A stretch of DNA of 64,000 nt, from the NCBI GenBank assembly GCA_040387555.1, contig JAZKDO010000009.1:17191-81190 (forward strand). Reading direction: 5' to 3'. The position numbers and the translations under genes are program-made. This DNA is from Bacteroidota bacterium (GTDB lineage Bacteria; Bacteroidota; Bacteroidia; B-17B0; Aurantibacillaceae). Shown in pieces: positions 20,146-29,893 of this stretch (position 1 is its first letter; every line of letters starts with the position of its first letter). The notes under the pieces were generated by a model, which was not told where the DNA came from, made no database searches, and saw only the letters and a program-made list of their open reading frames with translations.

Positions 20146-21162
20146 TTATACAATATTCACTTCCCGTTCAAGCTCAACTCCAAATTTATCTTTTACTGTT
20201 TGTAAAACATGCGTGGAGAGATCATAGATCTCATTACCTGATGCTTGCCCATAATTGACTAATACGAGTGCTTGTAATTTATGAACTCCGGCATCACCTT
20301 TTCGATAGCCTTTCAACCCGCATTGTTCAATGAGCCAACCCGCTGCTAATTTATAATTAGAATTTTCTAATGGATAGGCTACCAAATTTGGAAAGTTTAA
20401 TTTTAGATTTTCATAAACCTCTTTCGATACTTCAGGATTTTTAAAGAAACTTCCTGCATTTCCAATTTCTTTTGGATTTGGTAATTTACTGCTTCGGATA
20501 TTAATTACCGCTTGTGAAATGGCTTTTATACTCAGCTCAGATATGTTCATCGCATCCAACTCCTGTTTAATTGCGCCATACTCTACATGAAAAACAGGAT
20601 TTTTTGATAATTTAAAAGTAACCGAGGTAATAAGGAATTGATTTTTGAATTTGTGTTTAAATACACTTTCGCGGTATCCAAATTCGCAATCTGTTTGTGA
20701 AAATGTTTTCAACTCACCACTTACTGCATGAATTGCCTCTAATTCATAAAAAGTATCTTTTATTTCAACGCCATAAGCCCCAATATTCTGCATCGGACTG
20801 GCACCGGTGCAACCAGGTATAAGGGCAAGATTTTCCACTCCGCCATAATTTTTGTTGATGCACCACATTACAAATTCATGCCATACTTCACCGGCGGCAC
20901 ATTTCACAAACACAAAGTCATCGGTTTCTTTTGTTACTTCTATTCCTTTAATGTCGTTCTTAATTACGAGTGCATCTACGTTTTTCGTCAATAACATATT
21001 GCTTCCTCCACCTAAAATCAAATGCTTATTATCTTTGTAAGAGGCATTTTGTAGTAGTTCCTGAATATTTTTCAGAGATTGTACGGATGTAAAATATTTG
21101 GCATACGCTTCAATGCCAAATGTATTATAGGATTTTAACGAAAAATTAGAGGAAATAATCAT
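20146..21162 (-). CDS. murB: UDP-N-acetylenolpyruvoylglucosamine reductase
   Basis: FAD-binding GGGSNML motif and a MurB C-terminal domain, 338 aa. Confidence 0.85.
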   Translation of the reverse strand: MIISSNFSLKSYNTFGIEAYAKYFTSVQSLKNIQELLQNASYKDNKHLILGGGSNMLLTKNVDALVIKNDIKGIEVTKETDDFVFVKCAAGEVWHEFVMWCINKNYGGVENLALIPGCTGASPMQNIGAYGVEIKDTFYELEAIHAVSGELKTFSQTDCEFGYRESVFKHKFKNQFLITSVTFKLSKNPVFHVEYGAIKQELDAMNISELSIKAISQAVINIRSSKLPNPKEIGNAGSFFKNPEVSKEVYENLKLNFPNLVAYPLENSNYKLAAGWLIEQCGLKGYRKGDAGVHKLQALVLVNYGQASGNEIYDLSTHVLQTVKDKFGVELEREVNIV

Positions 21163-21173
21163 AAGCTTAAAAT

Positions 21174-21199
21174 TAAAAAAAGCCTCACTAGGAGGCTTT
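21174..21199 (-). terminator. Intrinsic terminator after the bacilliredoxin-like gene
   Basis: On the minus strand: agcctcc-tagtg-aggct stem followed by T7. Confidence 0.65.
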
Positions 21200-21242
21200 A
21201 TTATTTTAAGTACTTTTTAAAAGTGTATTGTTTGCAATTCGG

Positions 21243-21653
21243 TTAACAAAACTCGTCGTAAACCATTTTTAAATGTTCTGAAATCATTGCAGCTGTTCTT
21301 CCTTCAATATTATGACGTTCAACAAAATGAACTAACTCACCATTTTTAAATAAGGCAATTGCCGGTGAAGATGGAGGATATGGAGCAAAATGCTGGCGAG
21401 CCTGGTTAACAGCATCTCCATCAAATCCTGCAAACACAGTGGTTAATTTAGAAGGTTTTTTACCGTTTTCTAAACTTAATTTTACTCCCGGACGGCAAGC
21501 TCCTGCTGCGCAACCGCATACTGAATTTACAACCATTAAAACGGTTCCTTCATTTTTTAAAGCGGTTTCAACGCTATCCGGAGTTCTTAAATCTTCAAAA
21601 CCTACAGCAGTCAATTCTGCTTTCATTGGGGTAACTAATGCTTCTGGGTACAT
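21243..21653 (-). CDS. BrxA/BrxB-type bacilliredoxin-like thioredoxin-fold protein (YphP/YqiW, DUF1094)
   Basis: 136 aa with the VNSVCGCAAG (CGC) redox motif characteristic of this family. Confidence 0.65.
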   Translation of the reverse strand: MYPEALVTPMKAELTAVGFEDLRTPDSVETALKNEGTVLMVVNSVCGCAAGACRPGVKLSLENGKKPSKLTTVFAGFDGDAVNQARQHFAPYPPSSPAIALFKNGELVHFVERHNIEGRTAAMISEHLKMVYDEFC

Positions 21654-21767
21654 ATCTTTTTTATTTTAGTTGATTAAATTAATAGCATACAAAGATAGGG
21701 ATCATTTGTTAAAATCATGTATTAAAATAACTTAAATAAAAAGAGATAAAGAAATCTTGAAGATCTA

Positions 21768-22232
21768 TTATTTGTGAGTGAATTTATGATAAGATTCACT
21801 GGCCATTAGCGATTTAACTTTCTTATTAACCTCTAAAATAGCAACTGGATAATCATACAAATCTTTTTTTAAAGTAGTAGTATTTGGTGTTAACTCGATC
21901 TGTAATTCAAATGGGTCTTCGGTTAATTCCATCAAACCAGAAGGTATTTTAGTATTAACAATCACTAATTTATCAGGATAATTAGCTTTTTTAAATACAA
22001 CCGAATAAAGTGTATTGCTTTCCAATGAGAGCTTAATTGCCTTGGCTTTCTTATTATAAATAGAGTCTTTTAAATGTCCATCAGAATAAATAACAATAGA
22101 ATATTTATCAGTAGCTTTATCTTCAATGAGAGCGGAAGCATTGATTTCAACTACGTTAACCTGTGATTTGAGGCAAAAAGAGCAGACTAAAAGAACACTG
22201 AAGGGAAGTAATTTTTGAAAAAATGGTTTCAT
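21768..22232 (-). CDS. Secreted hypothetical protein
   Basis: Signal peptide only. No motif recognised. Confidence 0.4.
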   Translation of the reverse strand: MKPFFQKLLPFSVLLVCSFCLKSQVNVVEINASALIEDKATDKYSIVIYSDGHLKDSIYNKKAKAIKLSLESNTLYSVVFKKANYPDKLVIVNTKIPSGLMELTEDPFELQIELTPNTTTLKKDLYDYPVAILEVNKKVKSLMASESYHKFTHK

Positions 22233-22341
22233 AAAACTTAATCGACTTAATTTAATTTTGAATAATAAGTAATGTCAACCCTCATTTATACGGTAAGTGT
22301 TCCTAAAAGTTTCAAAAATTCTACAAAATATATATTTGTGA

Positions 22342-24483
22342 TTAAAATTTGAGTCTCGCCTGAAGTTTCAATTCTGTTTTATGTTCAGAATCAATCTGGT
22401 TCAAACTACCTTCCGATTGCACGGCTTGATTATCATAAATGGTAGATGCCACACGTACCCAAATTTCAAAATTACGTGTTACATCCCAGTTAACGATAAA
22501 ATACGCGCGTTGCCCTTTATTATATAATGCTGGGACTGAGTAGGAGTAGAGGACATCATTCTCATAAATGTAAACCCTGCTATTGAAACTCTTCGTATCA
22601 AAAACAGCATAACGAAGTGTAAAGGTAAAAGGAAATTTCATTTTCTTGTAAATGAGGTCCTGCGCAAAAGCTACACCGTCTTCATCAGGTGCAGCAGTCT
22701 GATCAATGTGCGTGTATTCTATCCTTGATTTGAATTTGACATCAGGTGTAATTTGAGCTGATAAATTATAACGGTAATTGTATTGTACGTATGGCTCCAG
22801 GTAATCATAAAAATTTTCTTCGGTGCTATTCACAAATTTTGTACGATGCCTGAAACGGAAATACATGTCGATTTTTTTTGTGGGCGTGTAATTTAATTGT
22901 GTAAAAACATCTCTGCCTGTTGAAGGGGCGCTGGCAGTTGATTTTAACCAGGAGAATTTGTATTGGTCCATATAAACGGAAAGCGTTAAGCTCTTAAAAA
23001 TTTTAGCTTCCATTCCCAGGTAGATGCTCTTTTCGTTTTGAGGCAAGGTATTTTCCGACACAGCACTACCAAATAAGTTCTGAAAATTCTTGTCGAAATT
23101 ACGGTAATGTGCTGCAAAGGTTAATTTTGGATCAAGGGCAACGATCAATCCCTGGCAAAAGGCTTTTCCCCCACTTGAGCTTATTGAATATTCCCCAAAT
23201 AAATTAGCATTCCTAAACACATAATTATAATCGACACCACCTACAAAATTGCTTTTACCCTGGTAATCAAATTTATTATATAAGCTTGGTGATTTAATTA
23301 ATTCAGCACTCAGGTTCATATTTTGTCCTGTAACACCAATGTGTAGGTTACGTTTGTTATAGGCTATGTTTCCACCCAATATAGTCTGATTGATAATGCC
23401 TTTATCCTGCATCAAAGAATTTGTATTGTGCATTCCACTTATTTCTAAGCTGCTAATACCAACCACATCAATTTCTCCGCTCTCTAAAGTATCAACAACG
23501 GTTGCATTCGCATCAATCTTTTTATAAGATGCTAAACCTGTAACTTCAAAATTCTTAATACGGAATGTTCCTGCGGCCCCTCTAAAAAAACGATTTTCAT
23601 CAAAACTTCGGTACGGCTTAATTCCGGTACCACTCCGTTTGATACTCATAACCGATGCCGATTTGCCGAAACCAAATCCCTGCCATAAAGTTAAGCCTTG
23701 CCCAAAAGTTGCCTGGTAATCTCCTACAACTAATGTTTTAATAAATTTAATATTTCGTATGGCAATATGTCCGCTATAAAAATCAAAGCCTTTGGTTTGT
23801 CTGTATTCCGCCCGTTTATTATTAGTTCCGTCATTTAAAGGCACGCTATCTACTTTTGAACCCCCAATGTTAAATTCTTCACCAGCGTCTTTTTCACCAG
23901 CTAAAACAAATGATACGTTATTATTATACTGAAAAGAATATCTGGCAAAAATTCTATTGGCACTACCTAAATAATAAGAATTTGGCTTTTTGTTTTTTGC
24001 ACTATCCGATACGTGGTAGCCAGCTTGTGGTTCAAGGATTCTTTGAAAGCGCGTAACAAATTCATGCTTGCCATCTTTGAACATTTCTTTGGTACTAAAA
24101 AAAGCCGAATTAAAATTATCGCTTACATAAACAAACGGCGTGATCTTTTTAATTGTATTCAAATCAAAGCCATTAACGCTTTGTAGTTCATAAATACTAA
24201 TTAAGTAGCCGTTCTTTTCGCGGTGTTTTAGCAAGTTATTAATCTGAATATCAGTAAGTATGAGCAGGTCAGCTAATTCTTCTCTTCTGGCTTTATTGAG
24301 ATTTAAAGGATGGTTCTTATAATATGTCCATGCTTCAGTTAAGTTAGTTAAATCTCCATCTTCTGATTGAAGTTGCTCTGATAATAATTCAATATTTTGG
24401 TTAATGAGTTCATCTACCTGTTCACTACCCTTATTGTTTAACGTATCATTTTGAGCATAAGAAACTAATGTTCCCAGGCACAT
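22342..24483 (-). CDS. ComEA-like helix-hairpin-helix domain fused to a large predicted outer-membrane beta-barrel (start codon uncertain, see findings)
   Basis: N-terminal LNLNKARREELADL...IYELQSVNGFD HhH pair, then ~550 aa of alternating beta-strand pattern ending ...LQARLKF. Confidence 0.55.
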   Translation of the reverse strand: MCLGTLVSYAQNDTLNNKGSEQVDELINQNIELLSEQLQSEDGDLTNLTEAWTYYKNHPLNLNKARREELADLLILTDIQINNLLKHREKNGYLISIYELQSVNGFDLNTIKKITPFVYVSDNFNSAFFSTKEMFKDGKHEFVTRFQRILEPQAGYHVSDSAKNKKPNSYYLGSANRIFARYSFQYNNNVSFVLAGEKDAGEEFNIGGSKVDSVPLNDGTNNKRAEYRQTKGFDFYSGHIAIRNIKFIKTLVVGDYQATFGQGLTLWQGFGFGKSASVMSIKRSGTGIKPYRSFDENRFFRGAAGTFRIKNFEVTGLASYKKIDANATVVDTLESGEIDVVGISSLEISGMHNTNSLMQDKGIINQTILGGNIAYNKRNLHIGVTGQNMNLSAELIKSPSLYNKFDYQGKSNFVGGVDYNYVFRNANLFGEYSISSSGGKAFCQGLIVALDPKLTFAAHYRNFDKNFQNLFGSAVSENTLPQNEKSIYLGMEAKIFKSLTLSVYMDQYKFSWLKSTASAPSTGRDVFTQLNYTPTKKIDMYFRFRHRTKFVNSTEENFYDYLEPYVQYNYRYNLSAQITPDVKFKSRIEYTHIDQTAAPDEDGVAFAQDLIYKKMKFPFTFTLRYAVFDTKSFNSRVYIYENDVLYSYSVPALYNKGQRAYFIVNWDVTRNFEIWVRVASTIYDNQAVQSEGSLNQIDSEHKTELKLQARLKF

Positions 24484-24522
24484 AAATAAAAAGCTAAATA
24501 TGTAATGAATGGTTTTGATAAT

Positions 24523-25380
24523 CTATAATTTCTCTGTTTCTTCGATCATATCGGTTTTTTTGGACTTGTCTTTCCCAAAAGAATACCTCAATCCAATTTG
24601 TGGCGATATTCCCAAAACACTATGATAAGAAGAACTCAGATCAATTTTTAATCCTTTATAATCCATTCCAATACCGAAGGACGCTTGAGCGGGATAGGAA
24701 GAGCCTCCAACACGTATATAAATTAACGAAGAAGGTTTGTACTCGATGCCACCTTTGAGGTTGATTTTTTGCGCGGATGTTTTTTCAGCTTCAGCTACAA
24801 AAAAAACTTTTGGTGAAAAGATATACTGCCCTCCTAATTTAAAAATGGTTGGGATTCTTTCGTTGTTATAATCTGTGATTTTTGCTCTGAAAGGATTATA
24901 AACATGGGTTGAAATTATCACTTGAGGAAGCAGCTTCGCAGTGAGTCCAAACGAACCTGTAACTGCGTGAGCTTTTCCATAGATGTCGGCTATTTTAGTG
25001 GATAGAAAATCAAAACCAATACCTGCAGATATGTTTTCATTCAGTTTCATTCCATAACTTAGAGTGGTTTGAGACTCGCGATATAATTCATAACCCAAGG
25101 TAGAGTAACAAAGACCGAAGGTTCCTTTTTTTACCGGAACAGCTGCTGCAAAACCAGTTTGATTCAATTCTTTTACAAAAAAACGATTTTCATAAAAAGC
25201 ACCCGCCTCGCCTTTTCTTACAAATCCTAAACTGCCCTGATTGTTTCTCACACTCCATACATCATAGATGGTTGACGACGCATGGCCAAGAGCTGCAGAC
25301 CGAGGCCCTATTGGTCCATCCCCATTTGAAGATACCAAGCAGGTGGGCAAAAGAATCAAAAATAATAAACAACGCTTCAT
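24523..25380 (-). CDS. Small outer-membrane beta-barrel protein, unknown function
   Basis: Signal peptide and amphipathic beta-strand periodicity, with the last strand IGLRYSF. 285 aa. Confidence 0.5.
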   Translation of the reverse strand: MKRCLLFLILLPTCLVSSNGDGPIGPRSAALGHASSTIYDVWSVRNNQGSLGFVRKGEAGAFYENRFFVKELNQTGFAAAVPVKKGTFGLCYSTLGYELYRESQTTLSYGMKLNENISAGIGFDFLSTKIADIYGKAHAVTGSFGLTAKLLPQVIISTHVYNPFRAKITDYNNERIPTIFKLGGQYIFSPKVFFVAEAEKTSAQKINLKGGIEYKPSSLIYIRVGGSSYPAQASFGIGMDYKGLKIDLSSSYHSVLGISPQIGLRYSFGKDKSKKTDMIEETEKL

Positions 25381-25549
25381 TTTATCAAATATAAATGAAA
25401 TTACATTAAGTTTTTATTTTAATACGCTATTTAACTCAAAAAATAATATACATTCTTTAGCTCCGTAAAAGAGTTTTAAGGCATTAATTAGTTTATATTT
25501 TTGCAAGTATTTTGATCTATTAAAATTATGTGCAATTAAATAAAAATTC

Positions 25550-25557
25550 TATATTTG
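25550..25557 (+). promoter_or_regulatory. -7 box TATATTTG
   Basis: Exact TAnnTTTG match 22 nt upstream of the ATG at 25579. Confidence 0.45.
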
Positions 25558-25578
25558 AAAATATACCTTAATTTATTT

Positions 25579-27846
25579 ATGTTTAGAAAAGCTTTATTCT
25601 TTGTTTTAATTATAGGGTTTCAAATTATTCAGGCTCAAAGCAATAAAGCTTTGTATCGCGAAAAATTCACTGAGGGTAATTACCTCATGTTAGAACAAAA
25701 TTATATACTAGCATTAAAATATTTTAAGGAAGCCTATGAGATAGATTCTTCTTCGGCCAACATCAATTATAAATTGGGTTTGTGTTATTTACAATCTCCT
25801 TCTGAAAAGTACAAAGCAGTATATCATCTTGAAAAAGCTGTTCAAAATGTGACTCACAATTATTCTCCGGAAGATATTACTGAAAAAAAAGCATCCGATT
25901 TGTCTTATTATTCTTTAGGGGAAGCTTATCGGTTAAACTATAATTTTATCGCTTCGTACGTATATTTTAAAAAGTTTAAAGACCTTGTTGGAGGGAAAAA
26001 TAGCGAACTAGCGGCTGACTTGGAAAAGCAATTGCAAAAGAACACAAACGCACAGGAATTTACCAAAGATACAGCCAAGGTACTAATCGTTAATCTGGGT
26101 GATAGCATCAATTCCCCTTATCCTGAATATAGTCCGGTAGTTTCTGCAGATGAATCTACTTTAATATTTACTTCAAGACGTCCCGGTAGCACGGGTGGTG
26201 AAAAAACAGATGATGGCCAGTATTTGGAAGATATTTATGTAAGTAATAAAAAAAGAGATGGTACATGGAGCGAAGCTAAAGCAATAAGTTCCACAATTAA
26301 TACAATTGGCAGCGAAGCTAATATTGGTTTATCACCGGACGGTACTCAATTGTTTGTTTATAAAGACGCCAACGGGGGCGATATATATTACAGCAAGTTC
26401 GAAGGTGAATCCTGGAGCCCTTTGTTACCATACGGCCCAAATGTTAATTCTCCCGACTGGGAAACGCACGCTTCTATTTCAGTGGATGGAAACACTCTGT
26501 ATTTTGTGAGTAACAGAAAAGAAGGAGGGTACGGCGGAAGAGATATATGGCGTTGTGTAAAATTGCCTAATGGTGTATGGAGTTTGGCAACCAATTTAGG
26601 GCCAACTATTAATACCTCTGATGATGAGGATGCTCCTTTTGTGCACCCGGATGGAGTCACTATGTTCTTTAGTTCAAAGGGCCATAAAAATATGGGTGGT
26701 TTTGACGTCTTTAAAACTACCAGAAATGAAGAAGGAAAATGGAGCGAACCTGAAAATTTACGTGCCCCAATAAATACGCCTGATGATGATATTTTTTATG
26801 TTCAATCGGCTGATGGAAAAAGGGGTTATGTTTCTTCCGCAAGGCGCGGAAGCTTAGGAGAAAAAGATATTTACCGGATTGATTTTGAAAGAACCATTGC
26901 TGAACCTTTAACGCTATTGAAAGGTGTATTGACTTTTAACGGAACCAATAAACAGCCGTTCAATGCACGTATTACCGTGATGGATGAAGACGGGTTAGTT
27001 GTTCAGGATATCAGGCCAAACGAAAAAACCGGCAAGTATATTATGATCCTCGCACCTGGAGTAAAAGGAAAAACTTATAAAGTTAATTTTGAAGCGGATG
27101 GATATCAGCCAGTATCTATTTCATTAGTGATTCCACCTAACTCTGCGTACCAGGAAATTGAAAAAGAATTTATACTTCAAATGATCAACCTGGAAACCAA
27201 AACACTGGGTACTATGGGAGTGAAAGGTGTAGTGAGAAACAAAGAAGGTCGATCAATACCCGGAGCGGAGATTTTAGTGAAAGATAATTTAACCGGAAAA
27301 TTACTCGAAACTTTTTACACAACAATTGATTCAGGTTCCTATTATTTTGTAGTGAACCGTGGACAAAATTACAATATTTCCTACGAAGCTAAGGGCTACC
27401 TGTTCCATTCAGAAAACATAAATGCACCCAAAGTGGCTGAATACTCTGTGATGCAAAAAGATGTAATCCTTGATAGGGTAGAGGTCGGTTCTAAGGTGGT
27501 GTTAAACAATATTTTCTTTGATTCCAATAAGTCAATCCTGAGAAAAGAATCAGGAGTTGAAATTGATAAGCTGGTTGCGCTCATGAATGACTATCCTGAA
27601 CTGGTTATTGAAGTTTCTGGTCATACGGACAGTAAAGGTAATGATGCTGCTAATATGATCTTATCACAAACCCGCTCACAGGCTGTGGTTAATGCCCTTA
27701 TTAAAAAAGGCATTAAAAAGGAGAAGCTCATCGCTAAAGGATATGGGGAAACCACTCCTATAGCTCCTAATACATTGTCTAATGGTAAACCTGATTTGAA
27801 AGGAATGCAGCTGAACCGCCGGGTGGAAATGAAAATCGTGAAGTAA
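25579..27846 (+). CDS. OmpA-family protein with N-terminal TPR, TolB-like (PD40) beta-propeller repeats and C-terminal OmpA domain
   Basis: ATG at 25579 gives MFRKALFFVLIIGFQIIQAQS. Repeated E(Y/W)SP/ISPDG motifs. The C-terminus has GHTDSKGN...NRRVEMKIV. Confidence 0.75.
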   Translation: MFRKALFFVLIIGFQIIQAQSNKALYREKFTEGNYLMLEQNYILALKYFKEAYEIDSSSANINYKLGLCYLQSPSEKYKAVYHLEKAVQNVTHNYSPEDITEKKASDLSYYSLGEAYRLNYNFIASYVYFKKFKDLVGGKNSELAADLEKQLQKNTNAQEFTKDTAKVLIVNLGDSINSPYPEYSPVVSADESTLIFTSRRPGSTGGEKTDDGQYLEDIYVSNKKRDGTWSEAKAISSTINTIGSEANIGLSPDGTQLFVYKDANGGDIYYSKFEGESWSPLLPYGPNVNSPDWETHASISVDGNTLYFVSNRKEGGYGGRDIWRCVKLPNGVWSLATNLGPTINTSDDEDAPFVHPDGVTMFFSSKGHKNMGGFDVFKTTRNEEGKWSEPENLRAPINTPDDDIFYVQSADGKRGYVSSARRGSLGEKDIYRIDFERTIAEPLTLLKGVLTFNGTNKQPFNARITVMDEDGLVVQDIRPNEKTGKYIMILAPGVKGKTYKVNFEADGYQPVSISLVIPPNSAYQEIEKEFILQMINLETKTLGTMGVKGVVRNKEGRSIPGAEILVKDNLTGKLLETFYTTIDSGSYYFVVNRGQNYNISYEAKGYLFHSENINAPKVAEYSVMQKDVILDRVEVGSKVVLNNIFFDSNKSILRKESGVEIDKLVALMNDYPELVIEVSGHTDSKGNDAANMILSQTRSQAVVNALIKKGIKKEKLIAKGYGETTPIAPNTLSNGKPDLKGMQLNRRVEMKIVK

Positions 27847-28025
27847 TATTTGTTCTTATATTATCATGCATTTCGACTGAAATTGTAGACAAAGAATTGA
27901 TATCCTGAGAAAACAAAATTCTTAACGGATATGTTAGGTTGGATTTGAGAAAACATGTACCTGAAATTTTGCTGAATTATTTTTTTGCCATTGATGTTGT
28001 TTCTTAACATTGGCATGAATGAACG

Positions 28026-29078
28026 CTACCTCAAAATGGATACAGAACCATTGTAAAGTTTGTCTTTACCATCGTTTAAGATGTAAAAATAAGTACCCGT
28101 AGGAAGAATGTTACCAAGGTGGGTTCCATTCCAGGTATTGTCATAATTAGTAGCGCTATAGATTATCTTTCCATAACGGTTATATATTTTTAAATTATTA
28201 TCTGGATATTTTTCAAGGTTGCCGATATAAAAAAAATCATTATCTCCATCATTGTTTGGCGTAAATGCTGAGTAAAAATGCAACACATCACCAGGAGTTA
28301 CTGTCACAGTTACTTCATCACTGCCGCCACAACCGTGTTGGTCTGTACAATAAAGTATATAAGTTGTCGTATTAATGGGCCACACATCCGGAATTGGTGT
28401 ATTCATATATTTAATCCGATATTCTGGTTGCCACCAATAAGTTAAGCCTCCTGAACCATGCAATGTAATAGTTGCTCCTTCTTCAATGGTTGTATCAGCA
28501 CCTGCATTCACGTCAGGAGGACCAAAAGCAGTTACAGTAACCATTGATATATTATCAGGGCATTTCCCATCAGAAACTGTTAATGTATAAACTGTTGTGG
28601 CAGAAGGGGAAGCAATTGGTTTTGGAGAAGTTGAACTACTAAGCCCATTGGGAGGTAGCCATTGAAAGCTATGATTGGTATTTACATTATTTGATGCGCC
28701 AATACGAACACCACCGCTTTGTCCTGAACAAAAGCCAGTATCAATACCAGCATTAAAGGTGTGAATTAAATTAAGCGTAATTACCACTGAATTTGAAACT
28801 ATATTTTCGTTTTTGTCGGTAACCGTTAGGGTATAAGTAATGTTTGAATTTAATCCTGAGAGAATTGGATTAGCAACTGTGGTAGAATTCAAAAAAGTGG
28901 AAGGCTCCCAAGAGTATGTATAAGGAGGAGTTCCTCCACTGGCGCTGGGTGAACCACCGATGGTTAAGCTTCCATTATTACAACCTTTCAAATCAGGCCC
29001 TGCATTTGCAGTTAACTGTCCAAATGCTTTAGTTAGGAAACAGGTTAAACAAACTATGTAAAGGCACGCTTTGTACAT
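28026..29078 (-). CDS. T9SS type B sorting-domain (gliding-motility-associated C-terminal domain) surface protein
   Basis: The C-terminus FTPNNDGDNDFFYI...IYNRYGKIIY...WNG...GTYFYIL is the classic type B CTD. Ig-like repeats lie upstream. Confidence 0.75.
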   Translation of the reverse strand: MYKACLYIVCLTCFLTKAFGQLTANAGPDLKGCNNGSLTIGGSPSASGGTPPYTYSWEPSTFLNSTTVANPILSGLNSNITYTLTVTDKNENIVSNSVVITLNLIHTFNAGIDTGFCSGQSGGVRIGASNNVNTNHSFQWLPPNGLSSSTSPKPIASPSATTVYTLTVSDGKCPDNISMVTVTAFGPPDVNAGADTTIEEGATITLHGSGGLTYWWQPEYRIKYMNTPIPDVWPINTTTYILYCTDQHGCGGSDEVTVTVTPGDVLHFYSAFTPNNDGDNDFFYIGNLEKYPDNNLKIYNRYGKIIYSATNYDNTWNGTHLGNILPTGTYFYILNDGKDKLYNGSVSILR

Positions 29079-29167
29079 TCACACAAATTTAGAAAAAGAA
29101 ACCAAATAATAAGAAAATATGAGGAGATGAAAGGATATCTGCAATTCTATTCATTAAATACTTACAA

Positions 29168-29893
29168 CTACCAAATTTCAAAATTGTTATAAATCATAAT
29201 TTTACCCCATTTTTCTTTACCAAATTGTTTCGAGATCTGTTCTCTCAATTCTGCGGTTTTGTATATTTTTTGTTTTGTTTTCTTAGCAACTAAAAGAACA
29301 GGGTCCGGTTTTACAACTTCCACCGATTTTGCAAAATAAATAATCCCTCCATCTTCCGTAGCCAATCCTAAAATGGCTCCGGGCAATCCTACAAAACTTT
29401 CAGGCCCAATGGAAACATTCACTTCTGTACAAAACCAGGCATAAATCCTCGTGGTGTCATTTGCCTGCCAGATAGCTTTTCTGCATTGATAACCGCAAAT
29501 TGTTCTCTTACTTTCGGTAATCTTCCATTTAAATGTGCGAATGGTATCAGCCATTAAAAATGATTCACCCCAGATTTTCTTTTCTGTGAGTCTTTTATTG
29601 GAACTCTGGTTTTGGTAAACAATATTTTTAGTAGTTGCCCAGCTCATACGTTCCACAAGGTCGCTTTCCTGTGGTTTAAAAACAGACAGGGAATCATTAA
29701 AATACAATTCAAAAATATCTATTTTGTTTTTATCTTCTTCTTTCAACCATTCTTTTACATCACCGTTGTTCTTAAACTTCTTGTAGAGATTGGTTTTACG
29801 TTCATAGGTAATTTTCCCAAATGTGATTTGTGAGAATAAAACCTGCGGCCAAACAAGTGTACCAATAAAAATAAGGAGCAGTTTTTTAATCAT
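29168..29893 (-). CDS. GLPGLI family protein
   Basis: GLPGAILGL motif, 241 aa. It overlaps the upstream barrel gene by 8 nt. Confidence 0.7.
   Translation of the reverse strand: MIKKLLLIFIGTLVWPQVLFSQITFGKITYERKTNLYKKFKNNGDVKEWLKEEDKNKIDIFELYFNDSLSVFKPQESDLVERMSWATTKNIVYQNQSSNKRLTEKKIWGESFLMADTIRTFKWKITESKRTICGYQCRKAIWQANDTTRIYAWFCTEVNVSIGPESFVGLPGAILGLATEDGGIIYFAKSVEVVKPDPVLLVAKKTKQKIYKTAELREQISKQFGKEKWGKIMIYNNFEIW

Noticed and set aside
20001-20258. 85-aa plus-strand ORF spanning the rplS 3' end, the terminator and the murB 3' end
   Set aside because: It overlaps two well-supported genes and reads through a bidirectional terminator.
27985-28015. Hairpin gccattgatgtt-N7-aacattggc downstream of the type B CTD gene, as a possible terminator
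   Set aside because: The T-run lies on the wrong side of the stem for the minus-strand gene. On the plus strand no gene ends there. I did not call it.
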